Below are positions 1 through 8,610 of a stretch of 54,647 nucleotides of DNA, piece after piece; the stretch's first letter is position 1, and every line of letters begins with the position of its first letter. The notes under the pieces were generated by a model. The model did no database searches, was not told where the DNA came from, and saw only the letters and a program-made list of their open reading frames with translations. Source of the stretch: a virus (Duplodnaviria > Caudoviricetes); IMG/VR virus record IMGVR_UViG_3300048589_001642, positions 1 to 54,647 of that record, one strand, 5' to 3'. A program made the translations under genes and the position numbers.

Positions 1-228
1 GTCCCCCGCGGCGTCCCCCGCGGCGGCCCTCGCGGCGTCCCACGCGGCGTCCCACGCGGCGTCCCCCGCGGCTTCCCCCGCGGCGTCCCTCGCGGCGTCC
101 CTCGCGGCGTCCCCCGCGGCGTCCCTCGCGGCGGCCCTCGCGGCGGCCCTCGCGGCGGCCCTCGCGGCGGCCCTCGCGGCGGCCCTCGCGGCGTCCCCCG
201 CGGCGTCCCACGCGGCGGCCCTCGCGGC
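1..228. repeat. 12-bp coding tandem array, at least 19 units (GDAA/WDAA/RDAA/RAAA/GEAA)
   Basis: Units gtcccccgcggc, gtcccacgcggc, gtccctcgcggc, ggccctcgcggc and ttcccccgcggc read directly. Confidence 0.98.
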
Positions 229-647
229 GTCGACGCTCGGCTTCGCCTCGCGTGCGGACGTAGTGTCGGTCAGCGCCGCGAGCTGCTCAAGAGTGTGCGC
301 ATGGTCGTTCAGACCGGCGAGCCGTAGCCATGCCGGGGTGAACTCGCGCACCAGCCAGTCCGTCGCCATCCAGGCGCGGCGCTCCTCCACCTCGGCCGTG
401 GAGCGCGTGCCCACGAGGCGTGGGATGTAGGGCAGGAGCATCTGCCGTTCCTCGTCGTTGAGCGAGTCGTTCCACGAGCGCAGGAACGCGCCGAGCACCG
501 GGCAGGCACACCTGGGGTTGTCGCTCCAGGGCTCGCCTGCGACGTAGGCGACGGCCTCCATCACGCACGCCTCGAAGGCGCCGTTCGGCTCGGAGTGAGC
601 GCCGCCAGGAGGCGCAGATCGGGGGGAAGATCACGAATGATGTTCAC
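1..647 (-). pseudogene. xDAA-repeat protein, paralog of 45062..45835; 1-nt deletion near 605; 3' end beyond the window
   Basis: GTG at 647 follows a strong RBS. The start-to-MEAVAY distance is 86 nt here versus 87 nt in the paralog. The frame from ATG 561 is open to the window edge. The indel could be a sequencing error. Confidence 0.7.
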
Positions 648-676
648 GGGGTTCCTCTTCCTCTCGTGGTGGTCGG

Positions 677-910
677 TCACTTCGCCCAGACGGCCGGGTC
701 GTATCCCGGCGCGTAGGGGTCCCACTTGGTTCCGGCCTGCTCCTCGTCGCGCCACGTCGGGCGCAGGTCGTCGAGGGCCCGGGGGTTCTGCTTCGACCCC
801 GGGCAGGGGAGCGGACCGGGGCGCATCGGGCGCTCCGAGTGAAAGCCGGTGAGGCCGCTCGGGAGAACCCGCACGATCTCGCCACAATGGGGGCAGCGTC
901 CCTCGGTCAT
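677..910 (-). CDS. Small Cys/His zinc-binding hypothetical protein
   Basis: MTEGRCPHCG...H...CPGS; start coupled to the upstream stop. Confidence 0.7.
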   Translation of the reverse strand: MTEGRCPHCGEIVRVLPSGLTGFHSERPMRPGPLPCPGSKQNPRALDDLRPTWRDEEQAGTKWDPYAPGYDPAVWAK

Positions 911-1200
911 CACAGATCCTTCCAGGGCGGGCGGACCGGGCGGTCGCGCTCGCGGGGCGGGATGATCCGGCGCTCGCGCTCGGCCGCGGCCTCGCAGAGC
1001 GTCCGGAGGTGATTGGCGACGGCGATGATCGGAGTCGCGAGACCCGTCATCGACCACTCGCCGAGGTACTCGTCGATCGCGTCCGCGAGGTCTTCGCGGG
1101 GGCAGGCCGAGGCGCGCAGCTCGTCGGCCTTCACGTCGATCGGGTGCCGCTCCGGGGGCGCCTTGCGGCGGCGCCCCCGGGCGAGGTAGGGGGTGGTCAC
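910..1200 (-). CDS. Hypothetical protein
   Basis: 96-aa ORF with high-GC codon bias, packed between neighbours. Confidence 0.7.
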   Translation of the reverse strand: MTTPYLARGRRRKAPPERHPIDVKADELRASACPREDLADAIDEYLGEWSMTGLATPIIAVANHLRTLCEAAAERERRIIPPRERDRPVRPPWKDL

Positions 1201-1204
1201 GGGA

Positions 1205-2203
1205 TCAGACGTGCGGGTCCGTGCCCGGCCCGGCCGTCCCGGTGGGCGGGGGGAAGGTCCCCTGCGATGCGTCCCACGACTCGGCCGCGGCGCGGTCGGC
1301 GTCGCTCTGCGTCGGGGCCGCCGGCATGTCGGAGGACGGGGCCGCGGCCTGCGGCGGCGGGGCGGCCGGGTACTGCGCCTCGAGCGCCTCGGCGATCGTG
1401 AAGCCGTAGCCGCGCGCGACGTCGATGACCGTCGCGGCCTTGTCGGCCGGGTAGATCCAGAGCTTCTTCTCGCGGTCGAAGGACCCGCCGAGGCCCTTCC
1501 ACATATCCCGCATCGCCGCGAAGTCGGCGTTCGAGTCGGTGCCGGACTTGACGCCGATGCGTCCGCCCTCGCCGACCATGACCCGAGCCCAGACGTCGGC
1601 CTCGAAGGTCGGCAGCTCGCCCGTCCCGGTCACGCCTTCGGCGGCCGACGAACCGCCACCGCCGCCGGATCCCTTCTGCTCGGGGTCCTCGTCGGTCGCG
1701 ATGTGGAAGAGCATCTTGTAGAGGTTCACGCGCGCGAAGCTGGACGCCTGGTTGACATGCTTCTCCGACCCCTCGGGGTCCGCCGAGTAGCCCTCGCTCG
1801 TCGCGGTCTGCGACTCCCCGCCCCCGCCGATGCGCCAGGTGACGACCATGTGCGCGTGGTGGCGGTACTGCGTGTACGGGCCATCCCGCCCGGTCTTCTC
1901 GCGCCCCTTGACGTCGGTCGTCGTCCGCGTCTTGGTCGGGATGATCGAGACGCCCTCGGCCGCGAGCAGCGGCGTCACGGCGGCGGCGAGCGCGTTGATC
2001 GAGGCGTAGGAGTAGGTCCGGTCGCCCCCGGTCATCTTGCGGTCGGCGTGGACCTGGAGCAGTCCCCCGATACGCGCGATGCGCTCGTCGAGGGTGCCGG
2101 TCCCGGGCTCGCCGAAGCGTCCCCGGTCGAGATGGATCGGGGCCGGCGCCTCGCTCTCTCCCGATCCGTGGCCGTTGGTCTGCGGTGCGGTCTGCGTCGC
2201 CAT
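1205..2203 (-). CDS. ERF-family ssDNA-annealing protein with C-terminal extension
   Basis: YSYASINALAAAVTPLLAAEGV ... QASSFARVNLYKMLFHIATDEDPE resembles the ERF pattern; strong RBS. Confidence 0.75.
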   Translation of the reverse strand: MATQTAPQTNGHGSGESEAPAPIHLDRGRFGEPGTGTLDERIARIGGLLQVHADRKMTGGDRTYSYASINALAAAVTPLLAAEGVSIIPTKTRTTTDVKGREKTGRDGPYTQYRHHAHMVVTWRIGGGGESQTATSEGYSADPEGSEKHVNQASSFARVNLYKMLFHIATDEDPEQKGSGGGGGSSAAEGVTGTGELPTFEADVWARVMVGEGGRIGVKSGTDSNADFAAMRDMWKGLGGSFDREKKLWIYPADKAATVIDVARGYGFTIAEALEAQYPAAPPPQAAAPSSDMPAAPTQSDADRAAAESWDASQGTFPPPTGTAGPGTDPHV

Positions 2204-2230
2204 TGGGCTCCTCTTCCTCGTGGCGGAATG

Positions 2231-2288
2231 TGACCTGATTAGACCACATCCGGCGACCGGAAGTCAACGTATCAGACGACCTCTTGAC
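2231..2288 (-). promoter_or_regulatory. Leftward promoter with operator-like site
   Basis: -35 TTGACT (2262-2267), 18 nt, -10-like TCTAAT (2238-2243); overlaps TGACCTGATTAGACCA at 2231-2246. Confidence 0.55.
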
Positions 2289-2398
2289 CTCCCGATTGCA
2301 AGATCCGTTGACTCTCGCCCGATGACCCTGGACCGATGGGTAGGCTCGTCGGGTTAGTCCGCGCGGAGGCGCCCGGGAACGGGTGGAGGAGACGGGTC

Positions 2399-2818
2399 AT
2401 GGCCGACTTCATCGAGAGGTCCGAGCACCTCGGAAACGCCGTCTGGATGCGGCGCGATCGCGAGCTCGGCCTCAGCCGGGAGGCGCTGGCCAGGCGACTA
2501 GGCTGGTCCCTTATCGGGGAAGGGAAGAGATCCGAGTCGGGCTGGAGTCCGAAGACCATCGTGAGGATTGAGCGCGCTCAACGCGGCGTCCGCTCGATGC
2601 AGGAACTCAACGCATTGGCCGACGCTCTCGGGTTGACCTCTGACCAACTAATCGCCAGAGTCGCGCAGGCCGAATCCACCCCGCGCACTGGAGAGGCCGA
2701 TGGGATCAGCGACGCAATCGCAGGGATCCGGGACGAGGAGCTCCGCGCCATCGTCCGGCGCATCGCTGACGACCTCGCCGGCCTCGCTCGAGCGCTCGGC
2801 GACCGAGGACCCGAGTAG
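2399..2818 (+). CDS. XRE-family HTH protein, probable immunity repressor
   Basis: RRDRELGLSREALARRLG...SPKTIVRIERAQR...LNALADALG; divergent from the ERF operon. Confidence 0.8.
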   Translation: MADFIERSEHLGNAVWMRRDRELGLSREALARRLGWSLIGEGKRSESGWSPKTIVRIERAQRGVRSMQELNALADALGLTSDQLIARVAQAESTPRTGEADGISDAIAGIRDEELRAIVRRIADDLAGLARALGDRGPE

Positions 2819-2977
2819 CGACCTCGGCTCGCTCGTCCGGGTCGCCCGCGAGGAGGCCGGCGACATGACCGAGAGCGTCCTCAGAACGACCGCGGCCCAC
2901 CTCCGGGCCCTCGCTCAGACCTTCGAGGACGAGGCCGACTCCCGGCTGACCTAGCCCCGGGCGGCGGGACCCGCGGG

Positions 2978-3256
2978 CTACCTCCGGGCGGCCTGCGGGT
3001 CCTTCGAGAAGAGCGCCTGCGCACGCTGGACCGAGACGCCAAGGCGCGCCGCGATCTGAGGGAACGTCGCGCCTGCGTCCCGCGCATCGCGCACGGCCAG
3101 CCGCAGGGCCGAGCGCGCATCCTGGAGCGCCGTCCTCGCCGCCACGACCTCGCGCATCGCGGCCTCTCGCCGAGCCTCCGCGCGCAGCGTGTCCCGGTGA
3201 GTCCTCGACAAGGCGTCGAGCGCCTCGTGAGCCCCGATCACTACCTGCGTCGCCAT
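2978..3256 (-). CDS. Small HTH DNA-binding protein
   Basis: AVRDARDAGATFPQIAARLGVSVQRAQAL; GGAGG RBS. Confidence 0.75.
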   Translation of the reverse strand: MATQVVIGAHEALDALSRTHRDTLRAEARREAAMREVVAARTALQDARSALRLAVRDARDAGATFPQIAARLGVSVQRAQALFSKDPQAARR

Positions 3257-3747
3257 AGAGGAACCTCCCGGTCGGTCGTCGTGCCTAGCGATCATGCACC
3301 TCCCCGCCTGGTGGTGTCACGGGGAAACCCGTCAGATGTTGCGGATTCGTCGCAATCTTGACCGAACGTGCGGATGTCAGGTCACGTTCAGTACGCGGAT
3401 GGGGTCCTCTTTGGTCGAGGCGTGGCGCCTCGACCGTGCCGAAGTGGTCGGGGTAGACCGACCGACTGACCCCCCCAGGAGGGTCGGGAGGGAGACCGAG
3501 AGCGCCCGCGATTCATCATCGGCAGGACGTCCGCCGACCTTGCGTGCCCCGTCGTTCGCGCGGAGTTGCCGGGGTCGGCGACGGAGGGGGGCCGCAGGCG
3601 CCCCGACCAAGACGGCCGCGGTGCCGTGCGATCCGTCCGGGACGTCTCCGGGCTGCGGCCTGGAGCTCGCAGCGGTGAGGGCCGGGTTGGGCGTAGGGAC
3701 GGCGGCGTAGCCGGCGGCCCCTAGACCGACGCGGCCCTCTGTCCGGG

Positions 3748-3891
3748 TCACGATCGGGGGTCGTCGTGCTCGGGCCGGTAGCCGTCCGGGTCCGGCAGCT
3801 CGGCCCACGGCGGGGGGTCGTAGAAGCCGTCGTCCGGCTCGCCGAGATCCCACGCCTCGGGGGTGCCCGTGTCGTCGTAGGGACCGCCCAT
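3748..3891 (-). CDS. Acidic Pro/Asp-rich mini-protein (47 aa)
   Basis: MGGPYDDTGTPEAWDLGEPDDGFYDPPPW...; TGATG coupling. Confidence 0.55.
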   Translation of the reverse strand: MGGPYDDTGTPEAWDLGEPDDGFYDPPPWAELPDPDGYRPEHDDPRS

Positions 3892-4025
3892 CAGAACGGC
3901 GGCTTGTCGGAGTCGTCGTCGTCTGACCATCCCCAGATCGACGAGTCGGGGTGCCCGCCGTTGGAGTCCTGCCAGATCCGATCGTCGCCGTACTCGTCCG
4001 GCTCGTAGGGCCAGGGGTCAGGCAT
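3891..4025 (-). CDS. Acidic Trp/Asp-rich mini-protein (44 aa)
   Basis: MPDPWPYEPDEYGDDRIW...DDDDSDKPPF; GGAGGAGG RBS. Confidence 0.6.
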   Translation of the reverse strand: MPDPWPYEPDEYGDDRIWQDSNGGHPDSSIWGWSDDDDSDKPPF

Positions 4026-4137
4026 CGTGCGCCTCCTCCTCGGGATTGCACTTCGGGCAGAACCAGACGTAGCCGAACCGCTGCTCGAGGACGGCCCGGC
4101 AGGTCTGGCAGCGGTACTCGTCATCGGCTGCGCTCAC
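4018..4137 (-). CDS. Zinc-ribbon mini-protein (39 aa, not in ORF track)
   Basis: Translated by hand: MSAADDEYRCQTCRAVLEQRFGYVWFCPKCNPEEEAHDA; GAGGGAG RBS. Confidence 0.6.
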   Translation of the reverse strand: MSAADDEYRCQTCRAVLEQRFGYVWFCPKCNPEEEAHDA

Positions 4138-4164
4138 GGCTGCGTCTCCCTCGTGGTGGATGGT

Positions 4165-4197
4165 GAGCGGGACGGGGAATAGTTCCCCGTCCCGCTC
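4165..4197 (-). terminator. Perfect 15-bp stem-loop downstream of the FtsK fusion
   Basis: gagcgggacggggaa-tag-ttccccgtcccgctc; no U-tract. Confidence 0.5.
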
Positions 4198-4254
4198 TGC
4201 CCGGGGGCGTCTCCGATCCTCAGAAGAGAGGTCGTTCGCCCGGGGCCTTGGTGG

Positions 4255-6459
4255 TCAGAAGAGCACGCCGAAGACGGCGGCGATGACGGTCGGCAGGAGA
4301 GGGACGATCTTCGGTGCGAGGAAGCCCGCGAGGTAGCGCCCGGTCGCCGTCGCGATCGCCGCCCGCGACTTCGCCCGGACGGTCGCGCGCGCGTGGCGCT
4401 TGATCCTGTAGCGGCTCCACCACTTGCGCTTCTCCCGGAGCGCCCAGAACGTCTCCTTGCGCCGGTCCTCGTCGGCCGCCGGGTCGATGCGCTTGGTCGC
4501 GCGATGGTCGGGGTTCGTGCGGCCGCGGTTGCGCCAGATCTTGAACGCCCACGGGACGAGCGTGGTCGCGACGTAGACGAGCGCCGCGAGCGCCGGCCAC
4601 TTCCACCCGCCGCCGACGATCCCGAGCCCGCCGAGCAGACCGAGCAGGAGGAGCGCACCGAAGACGACCTGATCGACGTGGACGACCTCGAGCAGCGGCG
4701 CGACGTTCTTCCGCAGCGCCGACCCGGCCGAGTCGTCGACCGTCGCCGTGCGCCGACGGATCGCGCGCGCCGTCCGCTCGCCCGCCGTCTTCGCCGCGTG
4801 ACATGACGGCTTGCCCGGCCTCATGCAGAGGAGCTGCGTGTTCTCGACGACGTCCGCGCCGCCGGCCGAGAGCATCCTCCGGTGATCGACCTGGAGCTGC
4901 CCCGCGCGCCCGCACCACCGGCAACGCCCGTTGCCCTCTGCGTGCGCCTGCCTGATGACCTTCGGGTCCCGCCTCCTGCTCCCCGCCTCCAGGTGTCCCC
5001 ACAGGTGCCGCAGGCCCCACGCCCGCAGGATCATCCTCGCGAGCCATCCCGTCGCCAACGCCCGCCCGCCCTGAGCCGCCGCCCTCCACCACGCCTCCTC
5101 TCCTACTCCCGCCCCGACCTGCCATCCCCATACCCCTTCTCTGTGTCCCCCCCCTACGGGGGGACCCACTGGCGAAGGTGTTGGATCCGGCGCGTCGGGC
5201 ACAGCCGAGAAGAGACTCGGGCGCCCACCGGGGCCGCCCCGCTCGACCTCGACGAACATCCGCGTGTGGCGCTTGCGCCCCGCCTTCTGATTCAAGAGCT
5301 GCTTCTCGAGGGTGCCGAGCGGGACGCCGGTCTCCTCGGCGACCTCCCGCCGCGAGGAGCGCGGGTGCTCGGCCAGGTGCGCCCACACCTTGCGGGCCTG
5401 ATCGTCGAGGCCGGGCGTCGGCTGGCCGTCGTCGGGGTCCTCGGGATCGGTCCCCGCGTGCCGGCGGACGAAGGGCTTCGGGTCGAATCCGAGACCGTCC
5501 CCGGCGCCCTTGAGGGCGGCGTAGTTCGCGAGGTTGATCTCGGGCACGAGGAGGCGCGCGAGCGACTTGCCGCCCATGTTCGTAGCCCACCCGTGACCGG
5601 CCGTGAGCGAGTCCCCCTCGGGCGGGATCATCCGCGCCCCGGAGTCGCCGAACATCATCTTGTAGTGGTCCTCGGTGACCTCGCCGAGGACGAGCCGCGA
5701 GGGGAACTGCTCGCGCACGAGACCGCCCGCCGTCTCGGAGACGTCCATGCGCTGATTGCCGATGACGATGACGTAGCCGGCCGAGCGCGACTTGCGGGCG
5801 ACGTGAGTGAAATCGCGGGCGACCTTCGCCTTCATCCCGTCCTTCCAGAACCCCGGCGGGAAGTCATCCGGATTCGGATTCATCAGGTCGGAGAGCTCGT
5901 CCACGAAGACGGCCCGGGGCCAGAGGCCGTACTCGTCCCACTCGGCCGGGGTGAGGTGCCAGATCGAGACCTCGCCGTCCTCGCGCTCGATGCCCGAGTC
6001 GTCGACCCGGTCCTTCACGATCTCGCCGAGGAGGCGGTTGCGCGCCTGCGTGTCCCGGGCGATGTCGGCCAGGGCGTCGAGCAGATCCTCGGGCTCCTTC
6101 ACGAGGACCGCCCCCATGTTCTGAGCGGGCTGGTAGGCCGCCGTCGCCTTCGGGTCGAGGATCAGCGTCTCGCCCCATCCCGCCCCGAGGAGCTGATTCC
6201 AGAGGGTCGGGTAGATCGCCCAGGTCGCGAGCAGTTGCGTCTTGCCGCCGCCGGAGGTACCGGAGACGATCGCCCTCGAGCCGTCGCGGCCGACGTCCCA
6301 CCACAGACGCTCGCGCTGGCCGACGACGTAAGCGGCGACGCAGAACTGCCCCGGCTCGGCGACGTCGATCACCTCCCACTTCACCTTCCGGGGGAGGTTC
6401 GTCTTGCCGAGCATCACGTCGCCGCGGACGGCGCGCTCTCTGCGGATGAGGTCGAGCAT
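4255..6459 (-). CDS. FtsK/SpoIIIE-like ATPase - HTH - HNH nuclease - transmembrane fusion (about 734 aa)
   Basis: Walker A GTSGGGKT, LILDPK, Walker B VFVDE, IGNQR; HTH SSRREVAEETGVPLGTL; HNH CRWC..VDH...GGADVVENTQLLC...CHAAKT; hydrophobic helices at the C-terminus. Confidence 0.8.
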   Translation of the reverse strand: MLDLIRRERAVRGDVMLGKTNLPRKVKWEVIDVAEPGQFCVAAYVVGQRERLWWDVGRDGSRAIVSGTSGGGKTQLLATWAIYPTLWNQLLGAGWGETLILDPKATAAYQPAQNMGAVLVKEPEDLLDALADIARDTQARNRLLGEIVKDRVDDSGIEREDGEVSIWHLTPAEWDEYGLWPRAVFVDELSDLMNPNPDDFPPGFWKDGMKAKVARDFTHVARKSRSAGYVIVIGNQRMDVSETAGGLVREQFPSRLVLGEVTEDHYKMMFGDSGARMIPPEGDSLTAGHGWATNMGGKSLARLLVPEINLANYAALKGAGDGLGFDPKPFVRRHAGTDPEDPDDGQPTPGLDDQARKVWAHLAEHPRSSRREVAEETGVPLGTLEKQLLNQKAGRKRHTRMFVEVERGGPGGRPSLFSAVPDAPDPTPSPVGPPVGGGHREGVWGWQVGAGVGEEAWWRAAAQGGRALATGWLARMILRAWGLRHLWGHLEAGSRRRDPKVIRQAHAEGNGRCRWCGRAGQLQVDHRRMLSAGGADVVENTQLLCMRPGKPSCHAAKTAGERTARAIRRRTATVDDSAGSALRKNVAPLLEVVHVDQVVFGALLLLGLLGGLGIVGGGWKWPALAALVYVATTLVPWAFKIWRNRGRTNPDHRATKRIDPAADEDRRKETFWALREKRKWWSRYRIKRHARATVRAKSRAAIATATGRYLAGFLAPKIVPLLPTVIAAVFGVLF

Positions 6460-6641
6460 CAGTCGTCGAAGTAGCCGCCGAAGAGACCGTCGAGGATCCC
6501 CTCGCGCTCTCCGCTCCCCATGCAGTCCGGGCAGAGGCACATCGCGCCGTTGCCCGAGAACGCCGGCTCGCCGATCCCGAGGGCCGAGTTGCCCTCGGCC
6601 GGGCCCTCGCCCATGCCGATGCACGTCCAGCACATGCCCAT
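6459..6641 (-). CDS. CxxCxGxG zinc-finger mini-protein
   Basis: CWTCIGMG ... CPDCMGSG; TGATG coupling on both sides. Confidence 0.7.
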   Translation of the reverse strand: MGMCWTCIGMGEGPAEGNSALGIGEPAFSGNGAMCLCPDCMGSGEREGILDGLFGGYFDD

Positions 6642-7012
6642 CAGTACCTCCCTACCCGCTCCGGTGCCGGGAGAGCGGGCGTGTGGCGCTCCGCGGCCTT
6701 CCCGGTACGGATCAATAGGTCGGCCAACGTCTGGGCCTCAGATCGCCCCTCCGCCTCGCAGTAGGTGATCTCGCCCTCGGAGTCCACGGAGGCCAGAGCG
6801 TCGGCCCCGTCCTGTCGCTCGAAGCGCGGATAGGCCCGCTCCCCCGACCCCGGCTCCGCCGCGCGGGCGACCGCGACGACGAAGGCCGGAGCCGAGACGG
6901 CACCCGAGCGGACCGCGAGTGCCGGCCCGCCGCCGAGGACGAGCCGGTAGACGGCCCATCCCTGGTCGGCGAGCGCGGCCTCGACGAGATGTCGAGTGCG
7001 GTCGGGCGTCAT
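6641..7012 (-). CDS. Hypothetical protein
   Basis: ATGA coupling; MTPDRTRHLV... Confidence 0.65.
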   Translation of the reverse strand: MTPDRTRHLVEAALADQGWAVYRLVLGGGPALAVRSGAVSAPAFVVAVARAAEPGSGERAYPRFERQDGADALASVDSEGEITYCEAEGRSEAQTLADLLIRTGKAAERHTPALPAPERVGRY

Positions 7013-7425
7013 CTGAACTCCACGTCCTCGCCGGATTCGTGAGCCATGACGAGACCCGCGATGAACTGCTCGCACTTCGCCCGGTCCGTGTGGGTCGGGT
7101 ACGGACCGTCGTTGCTCAGAGCGGGCAGTAGCTCGCGCAGGCGCTCGGCCAGCGGGAGCGTGTGCCGGTGGCGGATCCACCCGTCGCAGTCCGAGTGGTC
7201 GATGAGCACCCGCAGCGGGTCAGCGGGCTCGCCCTCGGGCCAGTCGCCATCCATGCGCGTCAGCGGGAAGTCGGTCGCCTCCCACCACGCCGGGACGGGT
7301 CGCGGCTCCTCGGGTCGGCTGCTCGGGACGACCTCCACGTCAGCGGCGGCGCAGAGCGCGAGCCGCCACCGCATGAACGCCGAGTACGGTCCGTGCCAGC
7401 AGTCGTGAGTGGTGTCGAGCCCCAC
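7009..7425 (-). CDS. Phage hypothetical protein
   Basis: MGLD...YSAFMRWR...LIDHSDCDG...GEDVEF; good codon bias. Confidence 0.75.
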   Translation of the reverse strand: MGLDTTHDCWHGPYSAFMRWRLALCAAADVEVVPSSRPEEPRPVPAWWEATDFPLTRMDGDWPEGEPADPLRVLIDHSDCDGWIRHRHTLPLAERLRELLPALSNDGPYPTHTDRAKCEQFIAGLVMAHESGEDVEFR

Positions 7426-7427
7426 GT

Positions 7428-7625
7428 CTACGCCCCGCGACGACGCGACGTGCTGGCGGCGCGCGGCGTGCGCGGTGCGCCGTGGCGCGCGTTGAGGTAG
7501 GCCAGCACGCGAGCCCGCGCGTCGTCGGGGAGCGAGGAGAGCCGCTCGTTCGTCTCGGTGAGCGCCGCCATCTCGGAATCGAAGGCGTCGACGGGCGTGT
7601 GCTGCTCGGGGGTCATGGTGTCCAT
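7428..7625 (-). CDS. Hypothetical protein
   Basis: AAGGAG RBS before MDTMTPEQ; LSSLPDDARARVLAYLNARHG. Confidence 0.65.
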   Translation of the reverse strand: MDTMTPEQHTPVDAFDSEMAALTETNERLSSLPDDARARVLAYLNARHGAPRTPRAASTSRRRGA

Positions 7626-7694
7626 GTGGATCTCCTTCGTCGTGTCGGTCGATGGTCGCATCGGTACTCGGTCGTTCTCGCTTCGCCAGAGTCG

Positions 7695-8042
7695 CTAGTC
7701 GGCGTCACCTCCCGGGCCGATGACGCGCACGTCGGCGTCGATGATCTCGCCCGTCTCCGGATGCCACGCACGCGCCGGCCGGTCGCCGGTCACGCGCACC
7801 TCGACGACGACGTGCTGCGGTCGCTCGCGGATGTACTCCGTTCGCGGCGTCGGCGGAACGAACGAGCGCGACGGCTCCGACGGGTGCGAGTGCTCGACCT
7901 CGATCGCCACGAAGACGATCGTGAGCACCACCCACACGCCGAGCGCAACGCGCAGGGAGATCCCCGGAGGGACGACGACGAACGCAGCGGAGATCGCGCC
8001 CGCGACTGCGGCGGCCGCCTTGATCGGCGGGTCGCCCGTCAC
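7695..8042 (-). CDS. Membrane protein (two hydrophobic segments)
   Basis: AAAAVAGAISAAFVVV / VALGVWVVLTIVFVAI; GTGA coupling. Confidence 0.6.
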   Translation of the reverse strand: MTGDPPIKAAAAVAGAISAAFVVVPPGISLRVALGVWVVLTIVFVAIEVEHSHPSEPSRSFVPPTPRTEYIRERPQHVVVEVRVTGDRPARAWHPETGEIIDADVRVIGPGGDAD

Positions 8043-8405
8043 GACGCACGCCCGAGCGCGTCGCGCGTCGTCGCGTAGGCGTCGTGCGCGCCGAGGTCGA
8101 AGCGCTCCGACCATGCGACGACGACGAGCGGTGCGTCGACCTCCAGGTGCAGGAGCCGAGTGCCGCGACGCCACACGCGCAGACGAGTACCGGAGAACTC
8201 CGGCTCGAGCGAGCGCGGTGCGCCGTCGGCGATCGACGCGCAGATCGGGCAGAACCACGGATTGAGCCGCACGCCGGCGAGCAGGTCGTCGAGCGGCGCG
8301 AGCGCGAGCCGCGCGCGAGCGTCGTTGACGAAACGCAGGACGGCGGCGACGTGTAGGTCAACGGGGGTGGCGAGCACAGCCGCGCCCCGGATTCATGTTC
8401 GTCAT
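8039..8405 (-). CDS. Hypothetical protein; apparent +1 indel near 8388
   Basis: The RBS-linked ATG at 8405 is one base out of frame with the 8039..8377 ORF. Confidence 0.55.
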
Positions 8406-8434
8406 CGAGGGTTCCTCTTCCTCACGTTGACGAC

Positions 8435-8492
8435 GGAACGTGTGTTCCGAATGTGTGCGCCGAGGCTACTGCCCGTCGCGGCGCGATGTCAA
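8435..8492 (-). promoter_or_regulatory. SigA-type promoter with downstream SOS (LexA) box
   Basis: TTGACA (8487-8492)-N18-TAGCCT (8463-8468); GAAC-GTGT-GTTC at 8436-8447. Confidence 0.75.
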
Positions 8493-8525
8493 CCTATCGC
8501 GCGACCTCTTGACTTCCGACATACA

Positions 8526-8580
8526 GAGGGACCGGCGGGGAGGAACCCAACGCTCGCGCGTGAGGACCCGCCGGTCCCTC
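8526..8580 (-). terminator. 14-bp stem-loop at the end of the late/lysis operon
   Basis: gagggaccggcggg ... cccgccggtccctc with a 27-nt loop. Confidence 0.5.
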
Positions 8581-8610
8581 GATCACTCTAACCCGAGATC
8601 GGGCGTCGCG

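Noticed and set aside
1-228. CRISPR array
   Set aside because: Contiguous 12-bp units with no unique spacers, in a coding frame; no cas genes
1-647. Terminal redundancy or assembly duplication of 45062..45835
   Set aside because: The N-domains differ at many positions and have different flanks, so they are true paralogs
2866-2954. 29-aa ORF after the repressor
   Set aside because: Has an RBS but is too short and featureless to support
5145-5165. GTCCCCCC/GGGGGGAC hairpin as an oriT or rolling-circle nick site
   Set aside because: No relaxase or rolling-circle Rep seen; short homopolymer stem inside a coding linker
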